Shown: positions 1 to 8,718, counted from the stretch's first letter. The stretch: 64,000 nucleotides of DNA from an uncultured virus (IMG/VR IMGVR_UViG_3300044693_000067) (IMGVR_UViG_3300044693_000067), one strand, 5' to 3'. Made by a program: numbers and translations. Notes: generated by a model from the sequence alone, not told the origin.

Positions 1-61
1 GCGGCGGCCAGGACTACTACGGCCGCAGCAGCGGCCTGCGCGCTCGGGCCGTCCGCAGATT
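1..61 (+). repeat. DGR variable repeat (VR), 3' part
   Basis: Aligns gap-free to 643-703 with 11 mismatches, all at TR adenines (10 A>G, 1 A>T). Confidence 0.95.
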
Positions 62-80
62 TATTCCTTCAGTAATTTGA
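1..80 (+). CDS. 3' end of DGR target gene (DUF1566/C-type-lectin-fold-like C-terminus), truncated by the window edge
   Basis: Frame from nt 3 reads GGQDYYGRSSGLRARAVRRFIPSVI-stop (TGA 78-80) and contains the VR. Confidence 0.85.
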   Translation, partial: GGQDYYGRSSGLRARAVRRFIPSVI

Positions 81-95
81 CAATTTAAATCCAAC

Positions 96-470
96 GTGGC
101 CTTGCATACTCAACTCCCGATTTATCGAGCGGCCTACGGATTGCTCGATGTCGTGACTGATCTCGTCAAAAACATGCCCCGCGATCTCAAACGCACGATC
201 GGCGAGAAGATCAGCGCCGAATGCATCGAGATCATGGTGCTCGTCTTTCGTGCGAACGTCGCGGCCGACAAATCACCCTATCTGACCGAATTGCTAGAGC
301 GCCAGCAAGTGATTGATTTGCTACTGCGCTTGAGCATGGACAAACGCTTGGTGTCGCCGAATGGCTATGCCAAGGCTGTCGAGATCACGACGAGCATCGG
401 GAAGCAGGCAAACGGATGGAAAAACGCCGCACATCGCCCGCTTCGTGGAGGTCAAGGCCACCATGACTGA
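96..470 (+). CDS. avd: DGR accessory variability determinant (Avd, four-helix bundle)
   Basis: 124 aa, LPIYRAAY...MPRDLKRTIGEKI...IGKQANGWK pattern; lies between VR and TR/RT. Confidence 0.88.
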   Translation: MALHTQLPIYRAAYGLLDVVTDLVKNMPRDLKRTIGEKISAECIEIMVLVFRANVAADKSPYLTELLERQQVIDLLLRLSMDKRLVSPNGYAKAVEITTSIGKQANGWKNAAHRPLRGGQGHHD

Positions 471-1827
471 GCGATCTTTCAATCTGGTCGTGCCGCTGGC
501 TCAAAAGGCCACCGCCATGCGCAATGAGGAAACCGACCGCCGGCGTGCGGAAAGGTCCAGCGCAGTTTCTCGGCTGAGCAATCGGCCGGGTGACGTAGAT
601 AGCACGACTCTTACGCCTACGCCTGGTATCAGAACTTCAACAACGGCAACCAGAACTACAACAACCGCAACAACAACCTGCGCGCTCGGGCCGTCCGCAG
701 ATTGGAAAAATGGTTTCACCTTCGCCGAGTTGGTCGAAGCTTATCTAGACTGCCGGCGAACCAAACGCAACAGCGCCGCCGCGCTCTCGTTCGAGATAGA
801 TCTCGAGCGAAACCTGCGGCGCCTATTCGACGAACTCGTCGCTGGCAGCTACCAGCCGGGCCGTTCGAAATGCTTCGTCATCACGAGGCCAAAGCCGCGC
901 GAGGTATGGGCGGCCGAGTTCCGGGATCGCATCGTGCATCACTTGCTTTATCGCCATATCGGCCCGCGCTTCGAGCGGTCGTTCATCGCCGATTCGTGCG
1001 CGTGCATCAAGGGGCGCGGGACGCTCTATGCCGCGCAGCGCCTCGAAGCAAAGGTGCGATCGATCACGCAGAACTGGTCGCGCCCGGCGTATTACGTGAA
1101 GTGCGATCTCGCGAACTTTTTCGTCAGCATCGACAAGCGGGTTGTGCGGGATCTGCTTCTTGCGAAGATACCGGAGCCGTTTTGGCGCGCTCTGACCGAG
1201 CTCGTGCTGATGCACGATCCACGAATCGAATTCGTCTACCGCGGCGATCCGGCGATGATGGATCTAGTGCCGCCCCACAAGCGCCTCATGGAGCAACCGC
1301 CGTATTTGGGTCTGCCGATCGGCAACCTGTCGAGTCAGTTCTTTGCGAACGTCTACCTCGATGTGCTCGACCAGCACGTCAAGCATCAATTGCGCTGCCG
1401 ACACTACATCCGCTATGTCGATGACTTTGTGCTACTCCACGAGTCAGCGCAGTGGCTCGACGAGGCTCACGCCGACATCGCAGAGTTTCTGCCGGCGCGA
1501 CTGGGCGCACGCCTCAATGAGCGAAAAACCATCTTGCAACCGATCGATCGCGGAATCGACTTTGTCGGGCACGTGATCAAGCCGTGGTGTCGATCGACGC
1601 GGCGCCGCACGTTTCGCGAAGGCTTGCGCCGCGTCGCGCAAGCGCCGGCCGCCGACGTCCATGTGATGGCGAACAGCTACTTCGGGTTGTTGCGCCAAGC
1701 GAGCGCGAGCCATCACGACAGAGCGCGACTCGCCAACGTTGTCCGCGATCGCGGGCACGCGGCCGATGGCGGATTCACGAAAACCTATCGCGCGGCAGTC
1801 ATCGCCCGCGCTATTGGAGAGGATTGA
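463..1827 (+). CDS. DGR reverse transcriptase (start uncertain; ATG 463 overlaps the avd 3' end)
   Basis: Motifs FRDRIVHH, DLANFFVSID, GLPIGNLSSQFFAN (DGR-type SQ), YVDD, GIDFVG. Confidence 0.95.
   Translation: MTERSFNLVVPLAQKATAMRNEETDRRRAERSSAVSRLSNRPGDVDSTTLTPTPGIRTSTTATRTTTTATTTCALGPSADWKNGFTFAELVEAYLDCRRTKRNSAAALSFEIDLERNLRRLFDELVAGSYQPGRSKCFVITRPKPREVWAAEFRDRIVHHLLYRHIGPRFERSFIADSCACIKGRGTLYAAQRLEAKVRSITQNWSRPAYYVKCDLANFFVSIDKRVVRDLLLAKIPEPFWRALTELVLMHDPRIEFVYRGDPAMMDLVPPHKRLMEQPPYLGLPIGNLSSQFFANVYLDVLDQHVKHQLRCRHYIRYVDDFVLLHESAQWLDEAHADIAEFLPARLGARLNERKTILQPIDRGIDFVGHVIKPWCRSTRRRTFREGLRRVAQAPAADVHVMANSYFGLLRQASASHHDRARLANVVRDRGHAADGGFTKTYRAAVIARAIGED
600..703 (+). ncRNA. DGR template repeat (TR); 5' boundary approximate
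   Basis: AAC-rich (reads AWYQNFNNGNQNYNNRNNNLRARAVRR in the target frame) and shares an identical GC-rich 3' end with the VR. Confidence 0.93.
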
Positions 1828-1834
1828 GGACAAC

Positions 1835-2491
1835 ATGGAAAACATAGAGGCGACGTTACTCACACCAGCGCAGATATCTACACTGCGACAATTGGCGAAC
1901 AACTGTCGATCGAATGACACGCTGACGAAATTCGCATGCTTCCGCGAAGAGGCCGACGCGATCGATGCGGCGCTCGTTACCATCCAGAACCTTCGAGCCG
2001 CCCTCTCGCGCTCGCCGCAGACCTACGACCAAGCTGCCCTAGAGCAAATCAAAGCCGCGGCCAAGGAGCGCGCTGAATATGCCGCCCTATCGCGCTCACA
2101 AACCGCTCCTGAAATCACATGGACTGACCACGACCGCTTCCTCTTCGAAGCCGCGTGCGAGTGCATGTCGCCAGATCAAGTGACGGTGTTTGAACAGGCA
2201 ATCGCCGATGACGACCTGCGCCGTCGGTTCGCCAATTGCGTGAGGAAGCGGTTCTCGCAGGACGTTGCGCGGGTGGCGGATGATGAGCGTCAAGCTATCC
2301 GTAACGAGGCATTCGAAGAAGCGGCGAACGTGTGCCAAGACCTCGGCGAAGATTGGCAATGGGCAAGCCAACCGGAGCAGACTGGATCGTATTGCGACTA
2401 TGCATTTGCGGCGGGGATATGTGCTCGTGACATTCGAGCCCGCATTGAAGCCCCACAGCCGCCGCAAGCCGGCGATGGCACGGAGGCATGA
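1835..2491 (+). CDS. Phage hypothetical protein (mosaic early-region protein)
   Basis: RBS GAGGA before ATG 1835; tightly packed in the operon. Confidence 0.7.
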   Translation: MENIEATLLTPAQISTLRQLANNCRSNDTLTKFACFREEADAIDAALVTIQNLRAALSRSPQTYDQAALEQIKAAAKERAEYAALSRSQTAPEITWTDHDRFLFEAACECMSPDQVTVFEQAIADDDLRRRFANCVRKRFSQDVARVADDERQAIRNEAFEEAANVCQDLGEDWQWASQPEQTGSYCDYAFAAGICARDIRARIEAPQPPQAGDGTEA

Positions 2492-2492
2492 A

Positions 2493-3005
2493 ATGCAGAT
2501 CGATGCTCAAATCCTCAGAGAGTTATTAGCATACGATCCGCTATCCGGCGTCATGACGTGGAAAAAAGCAAGGGGCCGAATGAGCGCTGGCCAAGTGGCA
2601 GGGAACGTACACCACAAGGGCTACATAGAAATAAAGGTCATGGGCCAAACCTATGGGGCACATGTGCTTGCATGGGTTATGCAAACGGGAGAATGGCCCG
2701 ATGTTATGGTAGATCACATTGATGGAAATGGCTTGAACAACGTGTTCCTAAATCTTAGGAAGGCCGATCACCAACAGAACGGATGGAATCAAAAACTGAG
2801 CATAGCTAACACGACCGGCTATCGTGGGGTGTCGAGGACTAAAGATGGCATGTACGTGGCGCAAATAGGAACCGAGAAAAAGAAGCGGAAATGTCTTGGT
2901 CGGTTCAACACAGCAGAAGAAGCCGCGCATGCCTATAACAAGGCCGCGATTCGGTATCACGGTGACTTTGCAAGGCTCGATCCAGTTGGAGGAAATTATG
3001 CGTAA
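2493..3005 (+). CDS. HNH endonuclease with C-terminal AP2 domain
   Basis: AHVLAW...VDHIDGNGLNN...NLR; TGYRGVS...LGRFNTAEEAAHAYNKAA. Confidence 0.92.
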   Translation: MQIDAQILRELLAYDPLSGVMTWKKARGRMSAGQVAGNVHHKGYIEIKVMGQTYGAHVLAWVMQTGEWPDVMVDHIDGNGLNNVFLNLRKADHQQNGWNQKLSIANTTGYRGVSRTKDGMYVAQIGTEKKKRKCLGRFNTAEEAAHAYNKAAIRYHGDFARLDPVGGNYA

Positions 3006-4071
3006 AGAAGATGTCGCCCCCGCTGCGCCGGCTGTAGCGCCACTGACACCGATGGAGCGCTCTGTCGTATGCGCGTTGCTCGCACTGGCGCACGACGCTT
3101 TCATGGCGCTCGATGACGCAGAAGAATCTAAGGCGAAAGAGGCGTTCGGTGACGATTATCGGCAACTATGCTTCGCGCTCGATGCTCTTGACGAACTCCC
3201 AGACGACAAGCCTGGATATACGCTGGATGGCCCTGGCCGCGCGCGCTGGGCACTACGCCGGCTGCTTGGTGATTGCGACGCCGCCGCCCCCGCGCCGGCC
3301 GTAGCGCCGACACCGGAAGAACAGATAGACGCGCTCCATGCCGACGACTACGCGCGCCTTGGCAACCAGTTCATAGACCTTTGCATTGATCTCGGATGCC
3401 CTGACAAAACTAACATGATGGATTGGGTGCGCGCTCGACTCTTGGAGTCTCCGGCTGTAGCACCGGATAAAAAAGTGGACGAATTATCGATGATCGTTCG
3501 CCAACTCGTCCATGCACTTCGCAGAGCCGCGCCAAGCAACGCCCTAACGTCGCGTGCGGTGGACTATCTCAAGAGAAACGGCTTGCAAGGTAGTCCATTG
3601 CGCGCCGAAGCTCAGCCGGGTTCGCCTCACTTTGACGGTGCCGAAGCGTATGAGGCACATCTTGATGCCGCCCCCGCACCGGCCGAACCGAAGGGGGAGC
3701 ATCCCGAACTGGAAGGCGATCAGTTTTTCGTGTCCGCTCGTGAAGCGTATCAACGCGGTTTCGATGATGCGAAGGCCGAGCAGCGCGCGGCGACGTTGAG
3801 CGAGGAGCCAAGCTTCAGTTCGCCGCTAACGCCCTACGGGTTGCTTGTGCGCGCGTTGCGTATCGTCGCCGGAACGAACCTGCACGATATGTCAAAAGCG
3901 CTGCTGACGACGCCCGCAAAGCTATCCGCGATGGAGTTCGGGCGCACGCCTGTCACACAAGAATTCGCGTTCGACGTGTCGGCGTACTTCGACGCGCTTG
4001 GTGTTCCCGACACGCTTGCCGCACTGAAAGCAGCACTTCTCTCCACTCTCAACGGAGGTAAGCATGAGTGA
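2998..4071 (+). CDS. Mosaic phage protein with C-terminal XRE-like HTH
   Basis: RBS GGAGG; C-terminal LVRALRIVAGTNLHDMSKALLTTPAKLSAMEFG; PAVAP linkers. Confidence 0.65.
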   Translation: MRKEDVAPAAPAVAPLTPMERSVVCALLALAHDAFMALDDAEESKAKEAFGDDYRQLCFALDALDELPDDKPGYTLDGPGRARWALRRLLGDCDAAAPAPAVAPTPEEQIDALHADDYARLGNQFIDLCIDLGCPDKTNMMDWVRARLLESPAVAPDKKVDELSMIVRQLVHALRRAAPSNALTSRAVDYLKRNGLQGSPLRAEAQPGSPHFDGAEAYEAHLDAAPAPAEPKGEHPELEGDQFFVSAREAYQRGFDDAKAEQRAATLSEEPSFSSPLTPYGLLVRALRIVAGTNLHDMSKALLTTPAKLSAMEFGRTPVTQEFAFDVSAYFDALGVPDTLAALKAALLSTLNGGKHE

Positions 4072-4591
4072 ATTGACGCACGCTTACGAAGTCGCACTTG
4101 CGAAGAAATTCGAACTCGATGAATCGACGGTGCGTGACCTGTGGGCTGAGTTCAGCGCCATCCTCGCCGCCAGCGAGGGGCAGGCGGACGGGTATTGCGA
4201 GCGCACAGATGGACCTTGCGCATGTCAGGGTGATCTACCGCGCGTGAGAGAGGGATGCGCCAACTGGCAAGCCGCCCCGATGCCCGCATCCGACAAGTTG
4301 CCAAAGCCTGCGCCGATCCCGACGCCCGCAGCAGCGCAGTTCAATCAAACGGCGCTCGCAGAGCTTTACGCTTTTCAAGAGTTGACGGGTTGCGATACTG
4401 CGGACGAATACCGCGCGAAGTTGGCAGTAGCAGCGCAGCCGGAAAGCTCGAAAGAAATGCTCGAAAGAATAGACCGAGAGTTTAAATCGATGGGGCCTTT
4501 TGAGCAGCGAGCATTTGTCGAGCGCGCTAACTCTGCAGCGGCGCAGGACGAGCGCGGGGCGTTGGATAACACCGCATCTTCTCAATCATAG
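4064..4591 (+). CDS. Phage hypothetical protein
   Basis: RBS GGAGG; overlaps the upstream stop. Confidence 0.65.
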   Translation: MSELTHAYEVALAKKFELDESTVRDLWAEFSAILAASEGQADGYCERTDGPCACQGDLPRVREGCANWQAAPMPASDKLPKPAPIPTPAAAQFNQTALAELYAFQELTGCDTADEYRAKLAVAAQPESSKEMLERIDREFKSMGPFEQRAFVERANSAAAQDERGALDNTASSQS

Positions 4592-4599
4592 ATTTTCAG

Positions 4600-4699
4600 T
4601 GCCCGGACGGGCCGGGACGGGCGCGGCAGTGCCAGGCTCGGAGCGGACAGGCGTGGCTAGGCGCGGCGGGGCGGCGCCGGGCGCGGCAATGCGAGGCAA
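4600..4699 (+). repeat. Phased pentamer array (GGC/GGA/TGC + NN) x20, candidate guide RNA
   Basis: tgccc ggacg ggccg ggacg ggcgc ggcag tgcca ggctc ggagc ggaca ggcgt ggcta ggcgc ggcgg ggcgg cgccg ggcgc ggcaa tgcga ggcaa; position 2 is G in all 20 units; intergenic. Confidence 0.9.
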
Positions 4700-4723
4700 G
4701 GGCTTTACCAAATGGAGCGGCAA

Positions 4724-5338
4724 ATGACGGAGATGCAAAAATCGGATACGCGCCTTGAGACTGTGACGCGTCGCGTTGTGCTCAAAGGCATCAAAGAAAT
4801 CATGTTCGACCGCTATGCGGGCGACAACACTACGAAATTGGAATGGACACAGAAAATCTACCAAGTCCCAGGAACGAGCATTTTGGCTCTTCCCGCCATC
4901 AATTTGTCGTCATTTCTCACGGCGCACAACACGAACAGCGCCCCGAAAAGATTGAGGGACAAGAGGAAGTACAAGGACATAGCGAACGCCTGCCTGAGCT
5001 TCACGAGCATCAACGGGCCGAAGGATAGCCCGAGCTACATTCCGTTTCTGCGAAACGGCGAACCGATCAAGGTCGGGAAGTTCAACGAAGAGTACGACAC
5101 CGAAAGCGGACTGTATTTGCATCGCAGCGTGGCGCGACTCGACAAGGGAATTCCCAATCCGAAAGAGCGCCCAGTACTGCCGCTGCCGTGGTCGATCGAA
5201 TTCACGCTCGAGATCTATCCGAACAAGGAAATCAAAGAGCAGGAAATCCGAAACCTGTTCGAAGAAGGCGGCCTAGCCATAGGACTTGGGACGTTCCGCG
5301 GCGTCTTCGGAAAATTCATCATCGATACGTGGGAGTGA
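4724..5338 (+). CDS. Standalone Cas7/RAMP-like protein (Vipr-like)
   Basis: RBS GGAG 4714-4717; N-terminal strand VVLKGIKEIMFD, LALPAINLSSFL, RPVLPLPWSIEFTLEI and C-terminal Gly-rich loop GGLAIGLGTFRGVFGKF, as in Cas7-group RAMPs. Confidence 0.72.
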   Translation: MTEMQKSDTRLETVTRRVVLKGIKEIMFDRYAGDNTTKLEWTQKIYQVPGTSILALPAINLSSFLTAHNTNSAPKRLRDKRKYKDIANACLSFTSINGPKDSPSYIPFLRNGEPIKVGKFNEEYDTESGLYLHRSVARLDKGIPNPKERPVLPLPWSIEFTLEIYPNKEIKEQEIRNLFEEGGLAIGLGTFRGVFGKFIIDTWE

Positions 5339-5387
5339 GTATGGCCGACTTTTTCGAAATCGAGCGCGGTGAGCGGGCGGGGGAGAA

Positions 5388-5627
5388 GTGATGCGCGGAC
5401 CGATGACGCGAGAGGAAGCAAAAACGACTCGATACCGGACGTGGGCTGGATCACCGAAGGGAACACCATACAATCCATCGACGTGCGCGATGGATGTTCC
5501 TGACACGGGACGCAGCGTTTTATCTCACCAGTGTTTGAGAAAGCCTGGATACGGGCCTGACGGGCTGTATTGCAAGCAACACGCTAAGTGGTTCGACGCA
5601 GCGAAGGGGAGCGGCGATGCTGAGTAA
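5388..5627 (+). CDS. Small Cys/His-containing hypothetical protein
   Basis: QCLRKPGYGPDGLYCKQH; operon packing. Confidence 0.6.
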   Translation: MMRGPMTREEAKTTRYRTWAGSPKGTPYNPSTCAMDVPDTGRSVLSHQCLRKPGYGPDGLYCKQHAKWFDAAKGSGDAE

Positions 5628-5871
5628 AGAAAAAATACGCCAAATGTGGGTTGAATCGCTCGGCGAACCAGCCTCGCACAGCGACGCCCCAAAACATGCG
5701 GTGCTATTCGCTGATTCCATAGAACGCGCCGCACGCGAGGCGGCGATTGAGCGTATTGAACAATTGAAGCGCGACCACACCAACGCGACCGGCGAATGCA
5801 CCAATGCATCATGTGATTTCGTTGCCGCTTGGGATGACGCTATCCGCGCGCTGAGCTGGGAGGGATCGTGA
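5617..5871 (+). CDS. Phage hypothetical protein
   Basis: Overlapping start/stop packing. Confidence 0.6.
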   Translation: MLSKEKIRQMWVESLGEPASHSDAPKHAVLFADSIERAAREAAIERIEQLKRDHTNATGECTNASCDFVAAWDDAIRALSWEGS

Positions 5872-6692
5872 ACAAAGACCGCTTGGAAATGGAGAGATTG
5901 ATCGACGCCCAGGCCGCGCGCATCGCCGAGTTGGAGGCGCAGGCCACTAAATTGGTAGCCGCCCGTGATCACTACCGTGCAAAGCATGATGACGAAGTAT
6001 GCAGAATTAAACCCACCGAAGCCCGCATCGCCGCTCTCGAAGCCAAATGCGCGCTACTTGCGGCATCGCTTGCACAAGCCGAACGCGAGAAGGATGAAGC
6101 CGAGAAGCACGCCGCCGAGGTATCAAGCGCGAACTTCGATCTCGAAGACCAGCTACGGGAGAGGGGCGAGCCGATCTATCAAACGCGATGGGGAAATCCT
6201 GAAACGGTATGGGGCGATGTCGAAAAAGACACGTACGACGACTATGAATCGTTCGGCTACGCGGCTCGGCGCATCGTCTACACCCACCCGCCAGCCGCAG
6301 CGGCGAGCAATCCCGTCGCCATCGTCAAAGCCGACCACGACGGCACAAAGCACGCGATTCTGCGCGATGAGGCAGTGGCGGATGGAACGCTGCTTTATGC
6401 GGGTTGTCCGTCGGCCGCAGCGGAGAGTGAGGGCGCAGTCCGCTTCACCGGTCTAGTGCTGAAGGCGCATCGAAACGACGGTTATCCGGGCGATGTTGAC
6501 GGTGACGTGCTGCAACGGGCGGCGCTCGATTGCGGTCTGCTCGAAGAGCGCACAGTAGCGGGTCCATGCGGCGAGCGTTGCTCTTGTGCCGAGACGCTGT
6601 CGGAATCGGAGTTCCCGACTATCTGCTACTTCATTACCGAGGCCGGGAAAGCTGCAATAGCGCTCACTGCCGAGAAGGAGCAGCCGAGATGA
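5868..6692 (+). CDS. Coiled-coil mosaic phage protein
   Basis: GTGA overlap; N-terminal heptads RIAELEA/RIAALEA. Confidence 0.65.
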   Translation: MNKDRLEMERLIDAQAARIAELEAQATKLVAARDHYRAKHDDEVCRIKPTEARIAALEAKCALLAASLAQAEREKDEAEKHAAEVSSANFDLEDQLRERGEPIYQTRWGNPETVWGDVEKDTYDDYESFGYAARRIVYTHPPAAAASNPVAIVKADHDGTKHAILRDEAVADGTLLYAGCPSAAAESEGAVRFTGLVLKAHRNDGYPGDVDGDVLQRAALDCGLLEERTVAGPCGERCSCAETLSESEFPTICYFITEAGKAAIALTAEKEQPR

Positions 6693-6937
6693 TGCTGCTG
6701 CCTCGGGATTGGGAGCGCACCGAACTCAAGACCGTCGTCGTCCTGACGTGGCGCCGCACCGATGGCCCGGTCAGCGTGACTGTTGATGAGACGAAACGCG
6801 CCTTCGAACTAGGTCATGGGGTGTATGTGCCGCCGCCTTGGCCCAAGGCGAAATATACCGGACGAGGCTGGAAAGATAGGCTGTATGACGATGCGATTGC
6901 AGCGCTGAAAAAAGTATTTGAGGAGAACCCCAAATGA
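6689..6937 (+). CDS. Phage hypothetical protein
   Basis: RBS AAGGAG, ATGA overlap. Confidence 0.55.
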   Translation: MMLLPRDWERTELKTVVVLTWRRTDGPVSVTVDETKRAFELGHGVYVPPPWPKAKYTGRGWKDRLYDDAIAALKKVFEENPK

Positions 6938-7401
6938 AAATGGCCCGCGCATCCGAAGCCGATATGGAAGCGGCGTTCAAGGTAGCGCAAATCTTAGATC
7001 AACTCGACAAGCGCTATATGCCGTCCGACGACGACAGCGAGGAACTCGAATTTTTCGACCGCAACGACGCGGAGCAGTGTCAGAAAGTCATCGGCTTGTT
7101 GCTCGACGCCACGGCGCGCACGAGCTTGTTTCGAGTCGTCTGGGGTATGGACGTTGTGCTCGATCCCGCCAATGAACTGCTCGACCCAGACGCCGATACG
7201 ATCGAGAAGCATCCGAAGATCGTTGAGGCCTTGGAAGCGATGGCGGCAAAGGAGGTATCGAACGAGGACAAGCCGGTCTGCGACGAACTGCTTGCCTCCT
7301 ACATGTGCTCGGATGAACAGGCGACGATGAGCCTCGAAAGACTCAAGACCTATCAATGGCGCGATACCGGCCCGCTTGAGACGGGAGAGTTTGGTGAATG
7401 A
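6934..7401 (+). CDS. Phage hypothetical protein
   Basis: RBS GAGGAG, ATGA overlap. Confidence 0.65.
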   Translation: MKMARASEADMEAAFKVAQILDQLDKRYMPSDDDSEELEFFDRNDAEQCQKVIGLLLDATARTSLFRVVWGMDVVLDPANELLDPDADTIEKHPKIVEALEAMAAKEVSNEDKPVCDELLASYMCSDEQATMSLERLKTYQWRDTGPLETGEFGE

Positions 7402-7624
7402 TTTATTTGGCGAAGTCAAACCCTACCGTCGCCCGCCGCAGAAACGCCGATTCCTGATGCACGTCTTCGATGCTGGCGACTGCCATACCGGCGCGGCCGA
7501 CGATCTCGGTAAGCCCATGTGCCGCATGAAATGCTCGCGCTGCGGCACCGAGACCGATTGGCTCGTATTCGATACGGTCACTGAAGCTAAGCGCGGGATT
7601 CCTTGTGAGAGGTGTAATTCGTGA
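7394..7624 (+). CDS. Small zinc-ribbon protein
   Basis: CSRC...CERC motifs. Confidence 0.55.
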   Translation: MNDLFGEVKPYRRPPQKRRFLMHVFDAGDCHTGAADDLGKPMCRMKCSRCGTETDWLVFDTVTEAKRGIPCERCNS

Positions 7625-7866
7625 GCCTAAATCGAATCTTGGAAGAGGGAACCATCGAGGTCAATGAGCCCGACGAGTTTTCCGGCTATTGGGACGGAAA
7701 CCATATCTGGGTGAAGCAGGTTAGCGATGAGGTTTGGTATATCCAAGTGCGCGATCCGAGCGGATGCTATGCATATGACGGGTATTGGCGTCCTGGTCGC
7801 ACAGTCGATCTCGCAAAAGCCGTAGACGAGGCGTTTGATGGTGCGATGTTGTTGGAGGCGCGATGA
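7621..7866 (+). CDS. Phage hypothetical protein
   Basis: GTGA overlap. Confidence 0.55.
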   Translation: MSLNRILEEGTIEVNEPDEFSGYWDGNHIWVKQVSDEVWYIQVRDPSGCYAYDGYWRPGRTVDLAKAVDEAFDGAMLLEAR

Positions 7867-8054
7867 CTGATCAATGCAACTGCCGCACGTGCATACGCGA
7901 GCGCGGCGACATGATCGGGAATTTTCCGCGCGAGTGTTGCGAGATGATCTTATGCACGAAGTGCGGCAACAAAAGGTGTCCCCATGCAAACGACCACAGA
8001 AACGAATGTACCGATAGCAACGAGCCAGGGCAGGCGGGAAGCTCTTATGCATGA
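7863..8054 (+). CDS. Small Cys-rich protein
   Basis: MILCTKCGNKRCPHANDHRNECT. Confidence 0.65.
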   Translation: MTDQCNCRTCIRERGDMIGNFPRECCEMILCTKCGNKRCPHANDHRNECTDSNEPGQAGSSYA

Positions 8055-8195
8055 CCGGTGCAGCCACGGCAAAACGTGGGACGAGAAGTGCAAAGAGTGC
8101 GATCTCGTGTGGAATCGCGAGATCGTCAGACGATGGGCTCCCGTTGTCGAGGAAGCACAACGGGCTATTGAGGAAGCGGAGAGGGAGGGAGCGGC

Positions 8196-8684
8196 GTGAG
8201 CGCAATCATTAGCCCATGCGGGCATTACCGATACCGCTTAGATCGCGATGTTGGAATGGATGGCATGACGTTCGCCTACTTCGGCGTCAACCCATCTACG
8301 GCGGATGCAACGATTGACGATGCGACAGTGCGCAAGTGGATCGGATTCACGAAGAAGAACGGAGGTCGTCGGTTCATCGTAGGCAATGTGTTTGCATATC
8401 GCTCAACGGACGTGCGCGCGCTTGCGACTGCGGACGATCCGGTCGGCCCTCAGAACGCCGACTATTTGAAGCAGATCGCGGACGAGGCCGATGTCCTAGT
8501 TCCGTGTTGGGGCAATACCGAAAAGGTTCCGCCAGGGCTGCGACCGGCATTCAATTGGATCTCGTTGATGTTGATGCATGCCGGCAAGCCAGTTCGAATC
8601 TTCGGAAGATGCGCGAATGGCGATCCAAAACACCCGTTGATGCTCGGCTACGACACGCCGCTAGTTGATTTCCGAATCGCCTAG
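8196..8684 (+). CDS. DUF1643 family protein
   Basis: SPCGHYRYRL, GVNPSTADATIDDATVR, NVFAYRSTD, PKHPL. Confidence 0.88.
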   Translation: MSAIISPCGHYRYRLDRDVGMDGMTFAYFGVNPSTADATIDDATVRKWIGFTKKNGGRRFIVGNVFAYRSTDVRALATADDPVGPQNADYLKQIADEADVLVPCWGNTEKVPPGLRPAFNWISLMLMHAGKPVRIFGRCANGDPKHPLMLGYDTPLVDFRIA

Positions 8685-8718
8685 CCCGCCGCACCGCGGC
8701 AAATCAGATCAATCCTAT

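Noticed and set aside
62..95. BPP-1-like GC hairpin downstream of the VR
   Set aside because: The region is AT-rich with no convincing stem
463..1827. Group II intron, retron or Abi reverse transcriptase
   Set aside because: avd, the TR/VR pair with adenine-only mismatches and the SQ motif identify a DGR
4600..4699. CRISPR array or simple microsatellite
   Set aside because: There are no 25-40-nt repeats with spacers, and the units are not identical as in slippage repeats; variation is concentrated in two of the five positions
4500..4864. ORFs 4500-4727 (+) and 4586-4864 (-) across the pentamer tract
   Set aside because: Low-complexity Gly/Ala/Arg/Pro translations with no RBS; a 5-nt period does not fit codon structure
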